Of a stretch of 32,000 nt of DNA, positions 1 through 9,219 are shown piece by piece. How positions within the stretch are numbered: the stretch's first letter is position 1; each line of letters opens with the position of its first letter. A program made the position numbers and the translations under genes. The notes below the pieces were generated by a model that was not told the DNA's origin, did no database searches, and worked only from the letters and a program-made list of their open reading frames with translations. The stretch lies in assembly GCF_000091665.1 (NCBI RefSeq), contig NC_000909.1, forward strand, positions 1,026,629 to 1,058,628, written 5' to 3'. This DNA is from Methanocaldococcus jannaschii DSM 2661 (GTDB taxonomy: Archaea > AGJL01 > Methanococci > Methanococcales > Methanocaldococcaceae).

Positions 1-2
1 AA

Positions 3-503
3 ATCCAAGGTAAGGCAAGCATTACAGACACTTCGACAATAACGTATAAAGGTATCTTAGAAATAAAAAACAACAAGTTTAGAAAAATTAAAGGAGAGTT
101 TGAAGAATTTTTAAAAAATTGCAAGTTTTTAATTGTTTATGCTGAAAAAAGGAAGAAAAAAACTGCTGAGTTAGTTAATGAAGTTGCCAAGATTGAAAAT
201 AAAGATGAGATATTTAAAGAGATAGACAAAGTTATTGATGAAGCTTTAAAAATCAAAAATAAAGAAGATTTTGGGAAATTGATGACTAAAAACCACGAGT
301 TGTTAAAAAAGCTAAATATCTCAACACCAAAACTTGATAGAATTGTAGATATTGGGAATAGATTTGGTTTTGGGGCAAAATTAACTGGAGCTGGAGGGGG
401 AGGATGTGTAATAATCTTAGTTAATGAAGAAAAAGAGAAAGAGCTTTTAAAAGAACTAAATAAAGAAGATGTAAGGATTTTTAACTGCAGAATGATGAAT
501 TAA
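3..503 (+). CDS. mvk: Mevalonate kinase, C-terminal part (5' end outside window)
   Basis: The frame is open from the window edge and continues the listed ORF 279..503. GHMP-kinase motif KLTGAGGGGCVI is present. Stop TAA at 501-503. Confidence 0.85.
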   Translation: MQGKASITDTSTITYKGILEIKNNKFRKIKGEFEEFLKNCKFLIVYAEKRKKKTAELVNEVAKIENKDEIFKEIDKVIDEALKIKNKEDFGKLMTKNHELLKKLNISTPKLDRIVDIGNRFGFGAKLTGAGGGGCVIILVNEEKEKELLKELNKEDVRIFNCRMMN

Positions 504-504
504 A

Positions 505-1344
505 TTAACATTTCTCTTTTAGATAATTTACAATATTCCTCCTAACCTCTCCAATTGTAAATCCCCATTCAATTGGAATATTATCCTTTTTATTTAAAAT
601 TTCAATTAAATGAGCTACCCTTGGTAATCTTAAATTTGCCTTTCTTATAGTCTCAACATCGCTAAAAACTTCTTTTGGTGTTCCCTCCTTCAAAATTTTT
701 CCATCATACATAACATAAACTTTGTCAGCATAGACAGGAACTAAATCTACATCATGCGTTGAGATTATTATGGTCATGCCCTTTTTATTCAAATCGTATA
801 GAAGTTTCATTATTTTTGATGCTCCAACAGGGTCTAAGCCAGCTGTTGGTTCATCCAAAACAATAACCTCAGGCTGCATAGCTAAAATACCTGCTATAGC
901 CACTCTCTTTTTTTGTCCTCCACTTAAATGATGAGGAGGTTTATTTTCAAAACCTTCCATTCCTACAGCTTTTAACGCCTCTTTAACTCTCTTCTCAACT
1001 TCTTCTTTAGGCAAGCCAAGATTTAAAGGTCCAAATGCCACGTCCTCCTTAACTGTAGGGGCGAATATCTGATCATCGGGATTCTGAAACACCAATCCAA
1101 CCGTCTTTCTAACTTCCACCAAGCTTTTTTTATCATATTTTATTGGCTTGCCTTTTATTAAAACCTCTCCTTTTGTAGGTCTTAGAATTCCATTGAAGTG
1201 TAAAAATAAGGTTGATTTTCCAGCTCCATTAGGGCCGAGTAAAGAGACCATTTCTCCTTTTTTTACTTTAAAATTTATTCCTTTTAAAACCGCTGTTCCA
1301 TCAGGATATCTAAAATATAAATCCTTTGTTTCAACTATATACAT
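505..1344 (-). CDS. cbiO: ECF/ABC cobalt transporter ATPase CbiO
   Basis: Walker A GPNGAGKST, ABC signature LSGGQKKR and Walker B VIVLDEPTAGLD. Last gene of a cbiM-N-Q-O string on the minus strand. Confidence 0.9.
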   Translation of the reverse strand: MYIVETKDLYFRYPDGTAVLKGINFKVKKGEMVSLLGPNGAGKSTLFLHFNGILRPTKGEVLIKGKPIKYDKKSLVEVRKTVGLVFQNPDDQIFAPTVKEDVAFGPLNLGLPKEEVEKRVKEALKAVGMEGFENKPPHHLSGGQKKRVAIAGILAMQPEVIVLDEPTAGLDPVGASKIMKLLYDLNKKGMTIIISTHDVDLVPVYADKVYVMYDGKILKEGTPKEVFSDVETIRKANLRLPRVAHLIEILNKKDNIPIEWGFTIGEVRRNIVNYLKEKC

Positions 1345-1353
1345 TTATTCCAC

Positions 1354-2151
1354 CTAAATTTTTATGTATGATGTTAGTGTAAAGTCCTTTGTTAAATAAG
1401 CCAATATTATTAAAAATATATCGAATATTGCAATGAATAAGATATATTTAATTGAGGGATTTTCAATTGTTTGCAATAACTTTATTTTTCCATCATAACA
1501 TCTTGACATCATTGTAATATTTAGTTTTTCTCCCTTTTCCCATGCTCTAATAAACAAATGAGCGGCTAAGGCACCAAGAGATTTGTATGTTGATTTTAAG
1601 TTTGAGGTTCCTAATCTTGATTCCTGAGCAAATTTCATCTTTTCATATTCTTCATATAAAACAAAGATGTATCTATATATAAGCATCATCATATCAACTA
1701 AAACATCGGGCATCTTCAACTCTCTAAATATATAAAATAATTCAACCATTGGTGTTGTAAAAGCCAAAAATAACATGCTACTAACTCCACCAAGCATTCT
1801 TCCAAATAATAAAAGTCCTAATTCAATCCCATCTTTATACACAGGAATTTCAAAGCCAAAAACATTTATTTTAAACCATTCAACTGTCCCAAATAAAAAT
1901 GCAAATATTACTAAATTTAATATACCGAATCCAAGAGGAATACCTACAAACACGGCATAAATCTTCTTTGGGACTTTTGCTTTAAACAGTAGTAGTATTG
2001 AATTTATAAAAAATATTATTAATGGAACTATAAACGAAGTTGAAAAAACAGATATTAAAAGTAAAGATAGGGCAAATATAACCTTTAATTTTGGATTAAC
2101 ATGCCTCAATTTGTTACTAAAAGCAACATTATCAACAATGTTATGCTTCAT
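1354..2151 (-). CDS. cbiQ: ECF transporter transmembrane (T) component CbiQ
   Basis: Polytopic membrane ORF between cbiN and cbiO. The track start at 2160 is a GTG lying inside AGGTGG. The ATG at 2149-2151 sits 5 nt after that SD-like GGTGG, so I prefer 2151. Confidence 0.8.
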   Translation of the reverse strand: MKHNIVDNVAFSNKLRHVNPKLKVIFALSLLLISVFSTSFIVPLIIFFINSILLLFKAKVPKKIYAVFVGIPLGFGILNLVIFAFLFGTVEWFKINVFGFEIPVYKDGIELGLLLFGRMLGGVSSMLFLAFTTPMVELFYIFRELKMPDVLVDMMMLIYRYIFVLYEEYEKMKFAQESRLGTSNLKSTYKSLGALAAHLFIRAWEKGEKLNITMMSRCYDGKIKLLQTIENPSIKYILFIAIFDIFLIILAYLTKDFTLTSYIKI

Positions 2152-2200
2152 AAAACCCACCTTTAAATTTTAAAATTTAAAAAAGTAAAAAATTAAAGAA

Positions 2201-2488
2201 TTAAGCAGCTACTTGTCTTTTTGCGTTGTAATAGCCGATATAGTAACCGATAATTATTGCTCCAATAGCTGCTTGTAAAGCAAACAATAAACTTTCAATT
2301 TCTCCGCTTGGTGGTTCCCATATTGGATGGAACCATGGTTTATATCCTAATTCCTCCACAACTTCACAACCCTGGTCGTCAGAACCACCAAAGTATCCTT
2401 CTTCTTCACCTTTACCTGCATAGATTATTAAAGGTAAGGCAATAATTATTGCAACTATTGCCAATAAAATTATATGTTTTGTTTCCAT
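2201..2488 (-). CDS. cbiN: Cobalt transport protein CbiN
   Basis: 95-aa protein with two TM segments, directly after cbiM. The cbiM end GGAGGTGAGTAA immediately precedes the ATG, so the SD lies inside the cbiM 3' end. Size and position are typical of CbiN. Confidence 0.8.
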   Translation of the reverse strand: METKHIILLAIVAIIIALPLIIYAGKGEEEGYFGGSDDQGCEVVEELGYKPWFHPIWEPPSGEIESLLFALQAAIGAIIIGYYIGYYNAKRQVAA

Positions 2489-3190
2489 TTACTCACCTCC
2501 TGCAGGAGAGGGGGTTAAATATGGTTTTAACTCCTCTTCTGGAACTACTCCTAACTTCAACAATAAGTCAGGTCTTAATTTCTTAATGTAGTCCCATATT
2601 ATAACTGTCAATATACCTTCTGCAATTGCCAATGGAACTTGTGTATATGCATAAATTACAATGAATTTTGTAAATGCCGCTGTGAATGAAGGGATTGGGA
2701 ATGCAAGTGCTAACTGAACAGCAGTTGTGACATAAGTTAGCCAGTCTCCAAACAATGCCGCGAAGAATATTCCAACTGTAGAGCTTAAACCTGCCTTCAT
2801 ACATAATCTATATACAATCACTGCGGCGGCAGGTCCAACAATACCCATTGAGAAATCGTTAGCTCCAAGTGTTGTTAAACCTCCATGAGCTAAGAATAAC
2901 GCTTGGAACAATAGAACAATAGCCGCTAACACAGCAGTTATTGGAACACCGAATAACACTGCCCCTAAACCGTTACCACATGGGTGAGAACAACTTCCAG
3001 TAACTGATGGCATCTTTAAGGAACTCAATATAAACATGTATGCCCCAGATATTGCAACTAATGGCTTCATTTCTGGACTTTCTTCAAGTAGTTTTTTTAA
3101 TTTAACAATACCGTAGGCAATTACAATACCTGAGAGAACCCACCAAACTGCACACCACATTGGTGGGAGATATCCCTCCATTATGTGCAA
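2489..3190 (-). CDS. cbiM: Cobalt ECF substrate-capture component CbiM
   Basis: The N-terminus MHIMEGYLP is the characteristic CbiM/NikM metal-binding N-terminus. Multi-TM protein and first gene of the operon. Confidence 0.9.
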   Translation of the reverse strand: MHIMEGYLPPMWCAVWWVLSGIVIAYGIVKLKKLLEESPEMKPLVAISGAYMFILSSLKMPSVTGSCSHPCGNGLGAVLFGVPITAVLAAIVLLFQALFLAHGGLTTLGANDFSMGIVGPAAAVIVYRLCMKAGLSSTVGIFFAALFGDWLTYVTTAVQLALAFPIPSFTAAFTKFIVIYAYTQVPLAIAEGILTVIIWDYIKKLRPDLLLKLGVVPEEELKPYLTPSPAGGE

Positions 3191-3471
3191 GTTATCACCC
3201 CTGAATATAATTCAAAAAAACTTAACACATTTATAGTACTCTTTATCTTATATAAATTTAACGGTATTTTATTATTAATAAAATAAACTTTAATTTTGTT
3301 ACTATTAATGAGTTATTTTGTTTTTTTCATATTTTTTATTACTTATTTAAATTAAAGACATTTTTAATAATGATTAATTTTTCTTTTTTAGTAATAAACT
3401 ATTTAAATAGTAAGGCAACTTAGGTAATATTAAGTATTACTAAAAATAAAGATATATAAAAAGTAGTTATT

Positions 3472-4116
3472 ATGGTGATGATTATGGAACTTTTATACGC
3501 AATCACTGCATTCATACTCGGAATGTTGCATGCTTTAGAGCCAGGACATGGAAAAAGTGTTGTTGCCGCCTATATATTGGGAACTAAAGCAGATTTAAAA
3601 GATGCCATCCTATTAGGAACTACAATAACCATATCCCACACAGCAGTAATATTTTTATTAGGAATCTTATCAATTTATTTATTGGAGAGCTTAAATGTTG
3701 ATGTAGTTCATGATATGATGAGCGTTGTTGGAGGTTTAATATTAATTGCCGTAGGAATTTGGATAATAAGAAGTTATCTTCACCCACATGAACATAAAGT
3801 AGATACAAAAAAGGGAGTTATCACTTTAGGATTATCTGCTGGCTTAGTTCCATGCCCAGCAGCTTTAGCGGTTTTATTATTATCAATATCATCAGGAAAT
3901 TTAATTGATGGCTTAATTTATGTTGCGATATTTAGCATTGGGCTGGCAATCTCATTAACTGGCTTAGCAGTTGCCTTTGTTGAAAGTAAGGAATTGATTA
4001 AAAAATATGTTGGAAATAGAAAAGTATCAAAACTTCCTCTAATAAGTGGCAGCATTATAATATTGATTGGATTATATACTATAGCCCATCCAATTCTTGA
4101 ACATGCGATTGTTTAA
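3472..4116 (+). CDS. NicO/RcnA-type nickel/cobalt membrane permease (direction of transport unknown)
   Basis: HALEPGHGK motif near the N-terminus, a His-rich loop (HPHEH) and about 6 TM segments. The start could instead be the ATG at 3484, which is preceded by GGTGATGA. Confidence 0.65.
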   Translation: MVMIMELLYAITAFILGMLHALEPGHGKSVVAAYILGTKADLKDAILLGTTITISHTAVIFLLGILSIYLLESLNVDVVHDMMSVVGGLILIAVGIWIIRSYLHPHEHKVDTKKGVITLGLSAGLVPCPAALAVLLLSISSGNLIDGLIYVAIFSIGLAISLTGLAVAFVESKELIKKYVGNRKVSKLPLISGSIIILIGLYTIAHPILEHAIV

Positions 4117-4247
4117 TTGTTTATCTATTTTTTATTTTAGAAATACAAATTTGTATATTCAAATGTATATTAGAAATTGCATAGATTAATATATGTCCTT
4201 TTCCAATTTAGTAATGTTCAAAAAATGAAAATTTATGCAGTGATATT

Positions 4248-5150
4248 ATGGACAAAAATAAAATGTCAAAATTTGCCCATATAACAAAAGTTCATCCCTG
4301 CTTTAACGAAAAAATTCACGATAAAGTTGGAAGGGTTCATCTCCCAGTTGCTCCAAGATGTAATATTGCATGTAAGTTCTGCAGAAGGAGTTTGGGCAAA
4401 GAAGCATGTGAGCATAGACCAGGTGTGGCTTTATCAGTATTAAAACCAGAAGATGTTGAAAGTTATTTAAACAAGGTGTTGAAAGAGATTCCAAACATTA
4501 AGGTTGTTGGTATTGCTGGACCTGGAGATAGTTTATTTAATAAAGAGACATTTGAGACCTTAAAAATTATTGATGAAAAGTTCCCAAACCTTATAAAATG
4601 CCTCTCTACAAACGGTTTGCTTTTAAATAAATACTATAAAAAATTGGCTGATTTAAATGTAAAGACAGTTACTGTAACTGTGAATGCTATAGACCCAGAG
4701 ATTTTGAAGGAAATAGTTGAATGGGTTTATTATGATAAAAAAGTCCATTATGGGATTGAAGGGGCAAAGATATTGATAGAGAATCAAATAGATGGGATAA
4801 AAAAAGCTTATGATGAAGATTTAATAATAAAGATTAATACCGTCTTAATTCCAGAGATAAATATGAATCATGTGGTAGATATAGCTAAAGAGTTGAAGGA
4901 TTTTGTTTATATACAAAATATCATCCCTCTAATCCCCCTATATAAAATGAGCCATTTAAGACCTCCAACATGTGAAGAGCTAAAAAAAGTTAGAGAGGAA
5001 TGTGAAAAATACATTCCACAGTTTAGAGCTTGTGGGCAGTGCAGAGCTGATGCAGTTGGTTTAATAAAAGAGAGGAAAATATTAGAAGAGTTCTTTAAAG
5101 AAAAAAACAAAAAACTCAATGTTTTTGAATTAAAGCACTTTTCTCATTAA
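4248..5150 (+). CDS. NifB-like radical SAM protein (radical SAM core only)
   Basis: CNIACKFC (CxxxCxxC) cluster motif, a TNGLLL segment and the C-terminal CGQCRADAVG motif typical of the NifB family. SD-like GTGAT lies upstream of the ATG. Confidence 0.75.
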   Translation: MDKNKMSKFAHITKVHPCFNEKIHDKVGRVHLPVAPRCNIACKFCRRSLGKEACEHRPGVALSVLKPEDVESYLNKVLKEIPNIKVVGIAGPGDSLFNKETFETLKIIDEKFPNLIKCLSTNGLLLNKYYKKLADLNVKTVTVTVNAIDPEILKEIVEWVYYDKKVHYGIEGAKILIENQIDGIKKAYDEDLIIKINTVLIPEINMNHVVDIAKELKDFVYIQNIIPLIPLYKMSHLRPPTCEELKKVREECEKYIPQFRACGQCRADAVGLIKERKILEEFFKEKNKKLNVFELKHFSH

Positions 5151-5154
5151 TTAG

Positions 5155-5223
5155 TGTCTTTCAAAAGTAATTAAAAATAATAATGAAAATTTGAACGTCT
5201 TCTATAAGAAGGCGTTCATTAAG
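5155..5223 (+). repeat. About 70-nt intergenic repeat with 11-bp hairpin, copy A
   Basis: About 85% identical to 13770-13837. Stem TGAACGTCTTC (5192-5202) pairs with GAAGGCGTTCA (5208-5218), including one T.G pair; loop TATAA. Confidence 0.6.
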
Positions 5224-5263
5224 TCCATACTTAATCCAAAATATTTTGAAATATACTAAAATT

Positions 5264-6421
5264 TTAATAATAAAGCTTTTTAACCCTTTCAAAAGCTCTT
5301 CTTGATAATCTATCCCTATCTATGGTGTAAACTTCCATTTTTGGGATTATTACTCTTACAGCATCTACCCCAACCTTATTTAAATCTACATATATCAATT
5401 TATCAAATCCAAATTCTGAAAGTTTATCTTTTATAAACTTTAAATCCTTCTTTAAATCATATCTTGCATTGTTTGGCATATCTGCAATATTTATCTCCCC
5501 CTCAAACTCAAACCACTTTCTATGTATTCTTTTCAATCTCTCATAAGGAATTTTTGATGTAAATTCTTCTCTCAATTTAGCGTCTCTCCTAAACCCGTGT
5601 AATTGAGAGGCTCTACTTTGAGCCACTTCAGTCAAAGCTCTCAAAATAGCTATCTCTGGATGTAAGTGGCATCCAACACCAACACACAGCATTAGAGGGT
5701 TTTTACTTAAATCATCACTTATTGCAGCAACAACTGGAATCTCAAACTCTGATGTTAAATCCTTTAAAATTATCTTAACACCAGCTTTTTCATATTTCTC
5801 AATCAATTCATGGATTAATGGGTTTTTTGCATCTTCAGGATTTATCTTTGTTGGGATTTTTCTTGCTAAATCTGCCAAACTCCATGCATCCCTTTCAATA
5901 ATCTCCAGAGTAGCATGTAAAATTGCCTCATCTAAGTTGTTTCCACTTGCTAAGCCGTTAGTGTTGCCTCTAAATAATTTTCCAGATGTTGGGTAGAAAA
6001 CAGCGTCTGCTGGGACATCTATAGTTTCATTATTTATGATATCAATCCCTTCAACCCATTCTTTAACATTTTTATCTGCATATTGGGGCAATATTAAATC
6101 TTCAACATTTATTGGATTATCTGGCTTTTCTTTAACTTTATTTTTATCATAACTTGCTGAAAACCTCTCTATCGCCTCCATGCATGCAGAGACCTTTGCC
6201 TGGATATCATTAGCCCCCTTTCCATAGTGTATGGCTATTCCCTCTTTCCCATCTACAACAACTCTCCTTTTTAAATAATAGACAGGGATATTTACTTTAT
6301 CTAAATGCTGTATATTTTTAATTTCTACTGTCTCAATCTTTTTCAATGCCTCTTGAATTTTTTCAAATGTCTCTTCTGGGGAGCAAATTCTATAACTTGC
6401 TAATTTATATTTTATATCCAT
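5264..6421 (-). CDS. ycaO: YcaO-family ATP-dependent amide-activating enzyme (methanogen type, candidate McrA thioamidation enzyme)
   Basis: 385-aa ORF with YcaO-like motifs ([24 protein letters not shown]). No TfuA-like ORF is adjacent. Confidence 0.8.
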
Positions 6422-6454
6422 ACTAAAAACCTCTAAGATTTTTAAATTATTTAA

Positions 6455-7720
6455 TTAAATTAAATCTATTAACTGTATTGGCTTACTTAAATGCCTTCGT
6501 GCAGAGCCAGGCACTTCATAAAATCCAGTTTTTAAATCTCTCTCAACCTCTATCATTTTAATTTCATCATAGGCAATAGTTTTTTTACATTTTTTGCATT
6601 TGTATCCAGCTTTTTTACCCTTTGCTTTTAACGTGCCTCCACAGTATGGGCATCTCTTATCTTTAACAAATTTCTTCTCCAACTTTAAGATTTTTATTTT
6701 TTCAATATTTATCCCTAATGGCTTCTCCCTCACAGTTCCATAAACAGCTATGTAATCACCAACTATCAGCTTTCTTATAATATCTCTAAATCCTTTTGTT
6801 GGTTCATAAGCCATACAATCGATTTCTCCAGTTCCATCTGAGAGTTTAAATATTACATGTCCTCCCTCTATATCTCTCGGCTCCTCTACAACTCTTCCAT
6901 AAACAATAACTCCAGTGTTTGGGTAGATGTCTTTAATATTCATCTTCCTTAAATGCACGTCGGTTCCATGATTTGTTTTAAAAATCATAAATCTTTCAGG
7001 TTTTTCTCCTTCAATTTTATGCATGGCCTTTAATAGGATTTCAGCATCAATTCCTCTAATTCCAAATAAAACAGGGCATGGTGTGTTTGGAGCTATTAAG
7101 ATTTTTTCATTCTCATAATCATAGTTGTCAAAGGTATAAGGAAAAGTTTCCTTATCCATTTCTATGACACTTTTTTCATCAATCTCTCTCTTTTTTCCCC
7201 ACATCTCTTTTTTTCTATAAGCTAAAAGCTCATATGTGTATGGGGGAGTTGATGATATAGCCCCCAAAGCTCCAATTATACCCCTCCCTAACTTATATTT
7301 TATAAACTCCCCTCCAACTTTTAAGATAAATTTTTCAGCATAATCAACGCTAACTATGTCATAAAGAACTTTTTTGTAATAGTTGGTAAGTTTTTCTCTA
7401 TTTTCTTTGTATTTTGCTTCGTCTAAAAATACAATGCCTGGGTTTGTATTTTCACATTCAAAATCTGTATATTTCTCAACCAAACTAATGGTTATATTTT
7501 TAATCTCCTCTTTATCTTTTGAATATAACTCATCTAATATATGTATTGCCACTCCTCCGTTACCTCTTGTCTTATATTTGACCATTGGATTCATTCTGAT
7601 GAGTTTTGGCATATCTACGCTATAGCCACAACCTTTTAACTCCTCTATTAATAATGTCGCTATATAAGTAGTGCAGTATTTATTTGGGCTGTCTGTATCA
7701 TCAATGCCAATAAACATCAT
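6455..7720 (-). CDS. tiaS: tRNA(Ile2) 2-agmatinylcytidine synthetase TiaS
   Basis: N-terminal GIDDTDS motif, a central OB-like region and a C-terminal CPYCGG...CKKC zinc ribbon. The track start 7726 is a GTG inside AGGTGG, and ATGs at 7720/7717 are more likely. Confidence 0.8.
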   Translation of the reverse strand: MMFIGIDDTDSPNKYCTTYIATLLIEELKGCGYSVDMPKLIRMNPMVKYKTRGNGGVAIHILDELYSKDKEEIKNITISLVEKYTDFECENTNPGIVFLDEAKYKENREKLTNYYKKVLYDIVSVDYAEKFILKVGGEFIKYKLGRGIIGALGAISSTPPYTYELLAYRKKEMWGKKREIDEKSVIEMDKETFPYTFDNYDYENEKILIAPNTPCPVLFGIRGIDAEILLKAMHKIEGEKPERFMIFKTNHGTDVHLRKMNIKDIYPNTGVIVYGRVVEEPRDIEGGHVIFKLSDGTGEIDCMAYEPTKGFRDIIRKLIVGDYIAVYGTVREKPLGINIEKIKILKLEKKFVKDKRCPYCGGTLKAKGKKAGYKCKKCKKTIAYDEIKMIEVERDLKTGFYEVPGSARRHLSKPIQLIDLI

Positions 7721-7782
7721 AACCACCTTTAAGTTATTACGAAGTGTGGCAAATTACTTATAGAAGTCTGTTTATAATTTAT

Positions 7783-8191
7783 TATTTGGGTTTTAGGATT
7801 TTTAATTTTGTTGTTTGGTTAATGGATTGTCTTGTTGAATATGTTTGGATTTTGAAAATAAGAGTATTTAGAATTTATTAATTAGTTCAAAGGATTTTTA
7901 TTTAATTTCTAAGGGTTAGCTGGTTTGATTGTTTAAAATATTTGAGTTTATTGAATTATTCAGATTTTTAAAAATTAGGATTAATTAGGTAAGTAAATAA
8001 GATTTCTCTAACAGACAAGTTAAATTTTTGAATTTAAGGAGATAAAAATACTCTGTTTTAGTAAAGAGATAAAATTTTAAATACTAAAAGGTTTATATTG
8101 TAAGATGGTTATTTATCCTTAGAAAAATATGGTATAGAAAAGCTTAAATATTAAGAGTGATGAAGTATATTATGTTGTGAATGATTGCCCT
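7783..8191 (+). promoter_or_regulatory. CRISPR leader (long-repeat element), copy 1
   Basis: About 410 bp alignable end-to-end with 22341-22750. It includes a 59-nt perfectly identical block (7995-8053 = 22554-22612) and an identical 3' junction GTGAATGATTGCCCT. A BRE/TATA-like AAAGCTTAAATATT lies about 40 nt before repeat 1. Confidence 0.85.
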
Positions 8192-9125
8192 GTTAAAATC
8201 AGACCTCTTGGAGGATGGAAATCCTTTATATTTCTCTTTCAAATAATCAACCCTTTTTAAACCTAGTTAAAATCAGACCTCTTGGAGGATGGAAATGAGC
8301 TTTTTATTATCAGATATAGTTAGAGAGTTATTTGTTAAAATCAGACCTCTTGGAGGATGGAAATAAAGAATAAAATCTCGTTTTTAGTGCTATTTATTGA
8401 GTTAAAATCAGACCTCTTGGAGGATGGAAATACTGCTTGGGGAGATGCTGAGAGAAAAGCAATGAAAGATGGTTAAAATCAGACCTCTTGGAGGATGGAA
8501 ATTCATATAAAAATTCATCACTATATTTTTCAATTAAATGTTAAAATCAGACCTCTTGGAGGATGGAAATTTAACAGTATATTCAAACCGTGAATATTCC
8601 GTTTCATCAAATGTTAAAATCAGACCTCTTTGAGGATGGAAATCTTTTTTACAGTTGTATATCGATAGATTTAAATTTAGTTAAAATCAGACCTCTTGGA
8701 GGATGGAAATTTGAATCCTGTTTTTTTAAGTTCTTCTATGAATATGTTAAAATCAGACCTCTTGGAGGATGGAAATGGGGGTCTTTGAAATTAAGAGGGT
8801 GGGGCGTGGAATTCAGTTAAAATCAGACCTCTTGGAGGATGGAAATTTTTTCTACAGTTGTAGGTAATGCAGATTTGTTTATTCCTTTATTTGTTAAAAT
8901 CAGACCTCTTGGAGGATGGAAATATTCTGATTTTCAATTTATGTTCAGCTCTTAATTTCATGTTAAAATCAGACCTCTTGGAGGATGGAAACTTTATTTT
9001 TTAACCTTCTCCGCCTCCTCTGGAGAGGATTAAAATCAGACCGTTTCGGAATGGAAATAAAATTGAGAGATTATTAGAGGAATTATATCCAGATGATTAA
9101 AATCAGACCGATTCGGAATGGAAAC
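8192..9125 (+). CRISPR. CRISPR array 1 (14 repeats, 13 spacers)
   Basis: Twelve copies of the 31-nt repeat GTTAAAATCAGACCTCTTGGAGGATGGAAAT start at 8192, 8266, 8334, 8401, 8472, 8540, 8613, 8680, 8746, 8816, 8893 and 8962. The repeat at 8613 has a G>T change and the one at 8962 ends AAAC. Two 30-nt repeats ATTAAAATCAGACCG(T/A)TTCGGAATGGAAA(T/C) follow at 9029 and 9096. Spacers are 35-46 nt and unique. Confidence 0.97.
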
Positions 9126-9219
9126 TTGTTGTAGTGGTAGCAATTATAAAATAGGAGTTATTTTCTTAATATTGAAGATAAAATATACTTAATACATCGC
9201 CAAAAAATATTAAAAATAA

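Noticed and set aside
1148-1357. Short ORFs antisense to or overlapping real genes. These are 1148..1357, 1775..1960, 2583..2804, 3620..3808, 4303..4494, 4907..5119, 7383..7625, 9563..9823, 11338..11679, 12587..12775, 12660..12878, 13108..13371, 14815..15000, 15539..15763, 16970..17167, 17007..17237, 20145..20480, 21377..21613, 24140..24379 and 30437..30640.
   Set aside because: Each is embedded in a longer ORF on the opposite strand or in another frame that has clear family motifs. Their low-complexity, Ser/Phe/Leu-rich peptides are typical of shadow ORFs in AT-rich DNA.
4240-4258. 19-nt identity GTGATATTATGGACAAAAA between the NifB-like gene start (4240-4258) and the pyrE start (23848-23866)
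   Set aside because: It consists of an SD, spacer, ATG and GAC AAA AA, all common translation-start elements in this AT-rich genome. There is no extended similarity on either side, so I cannot distinguish it from coincidence.
8590-8820. 76-aa ORF in the track, and likewise 22749..22961 and 23410..23610
   Set aside because: They lie entirely inside CRISPR arrays. Their peptides simply translate repeat units periodically (KIRPLGGWK.., RPFRNGN..). They are not genes.
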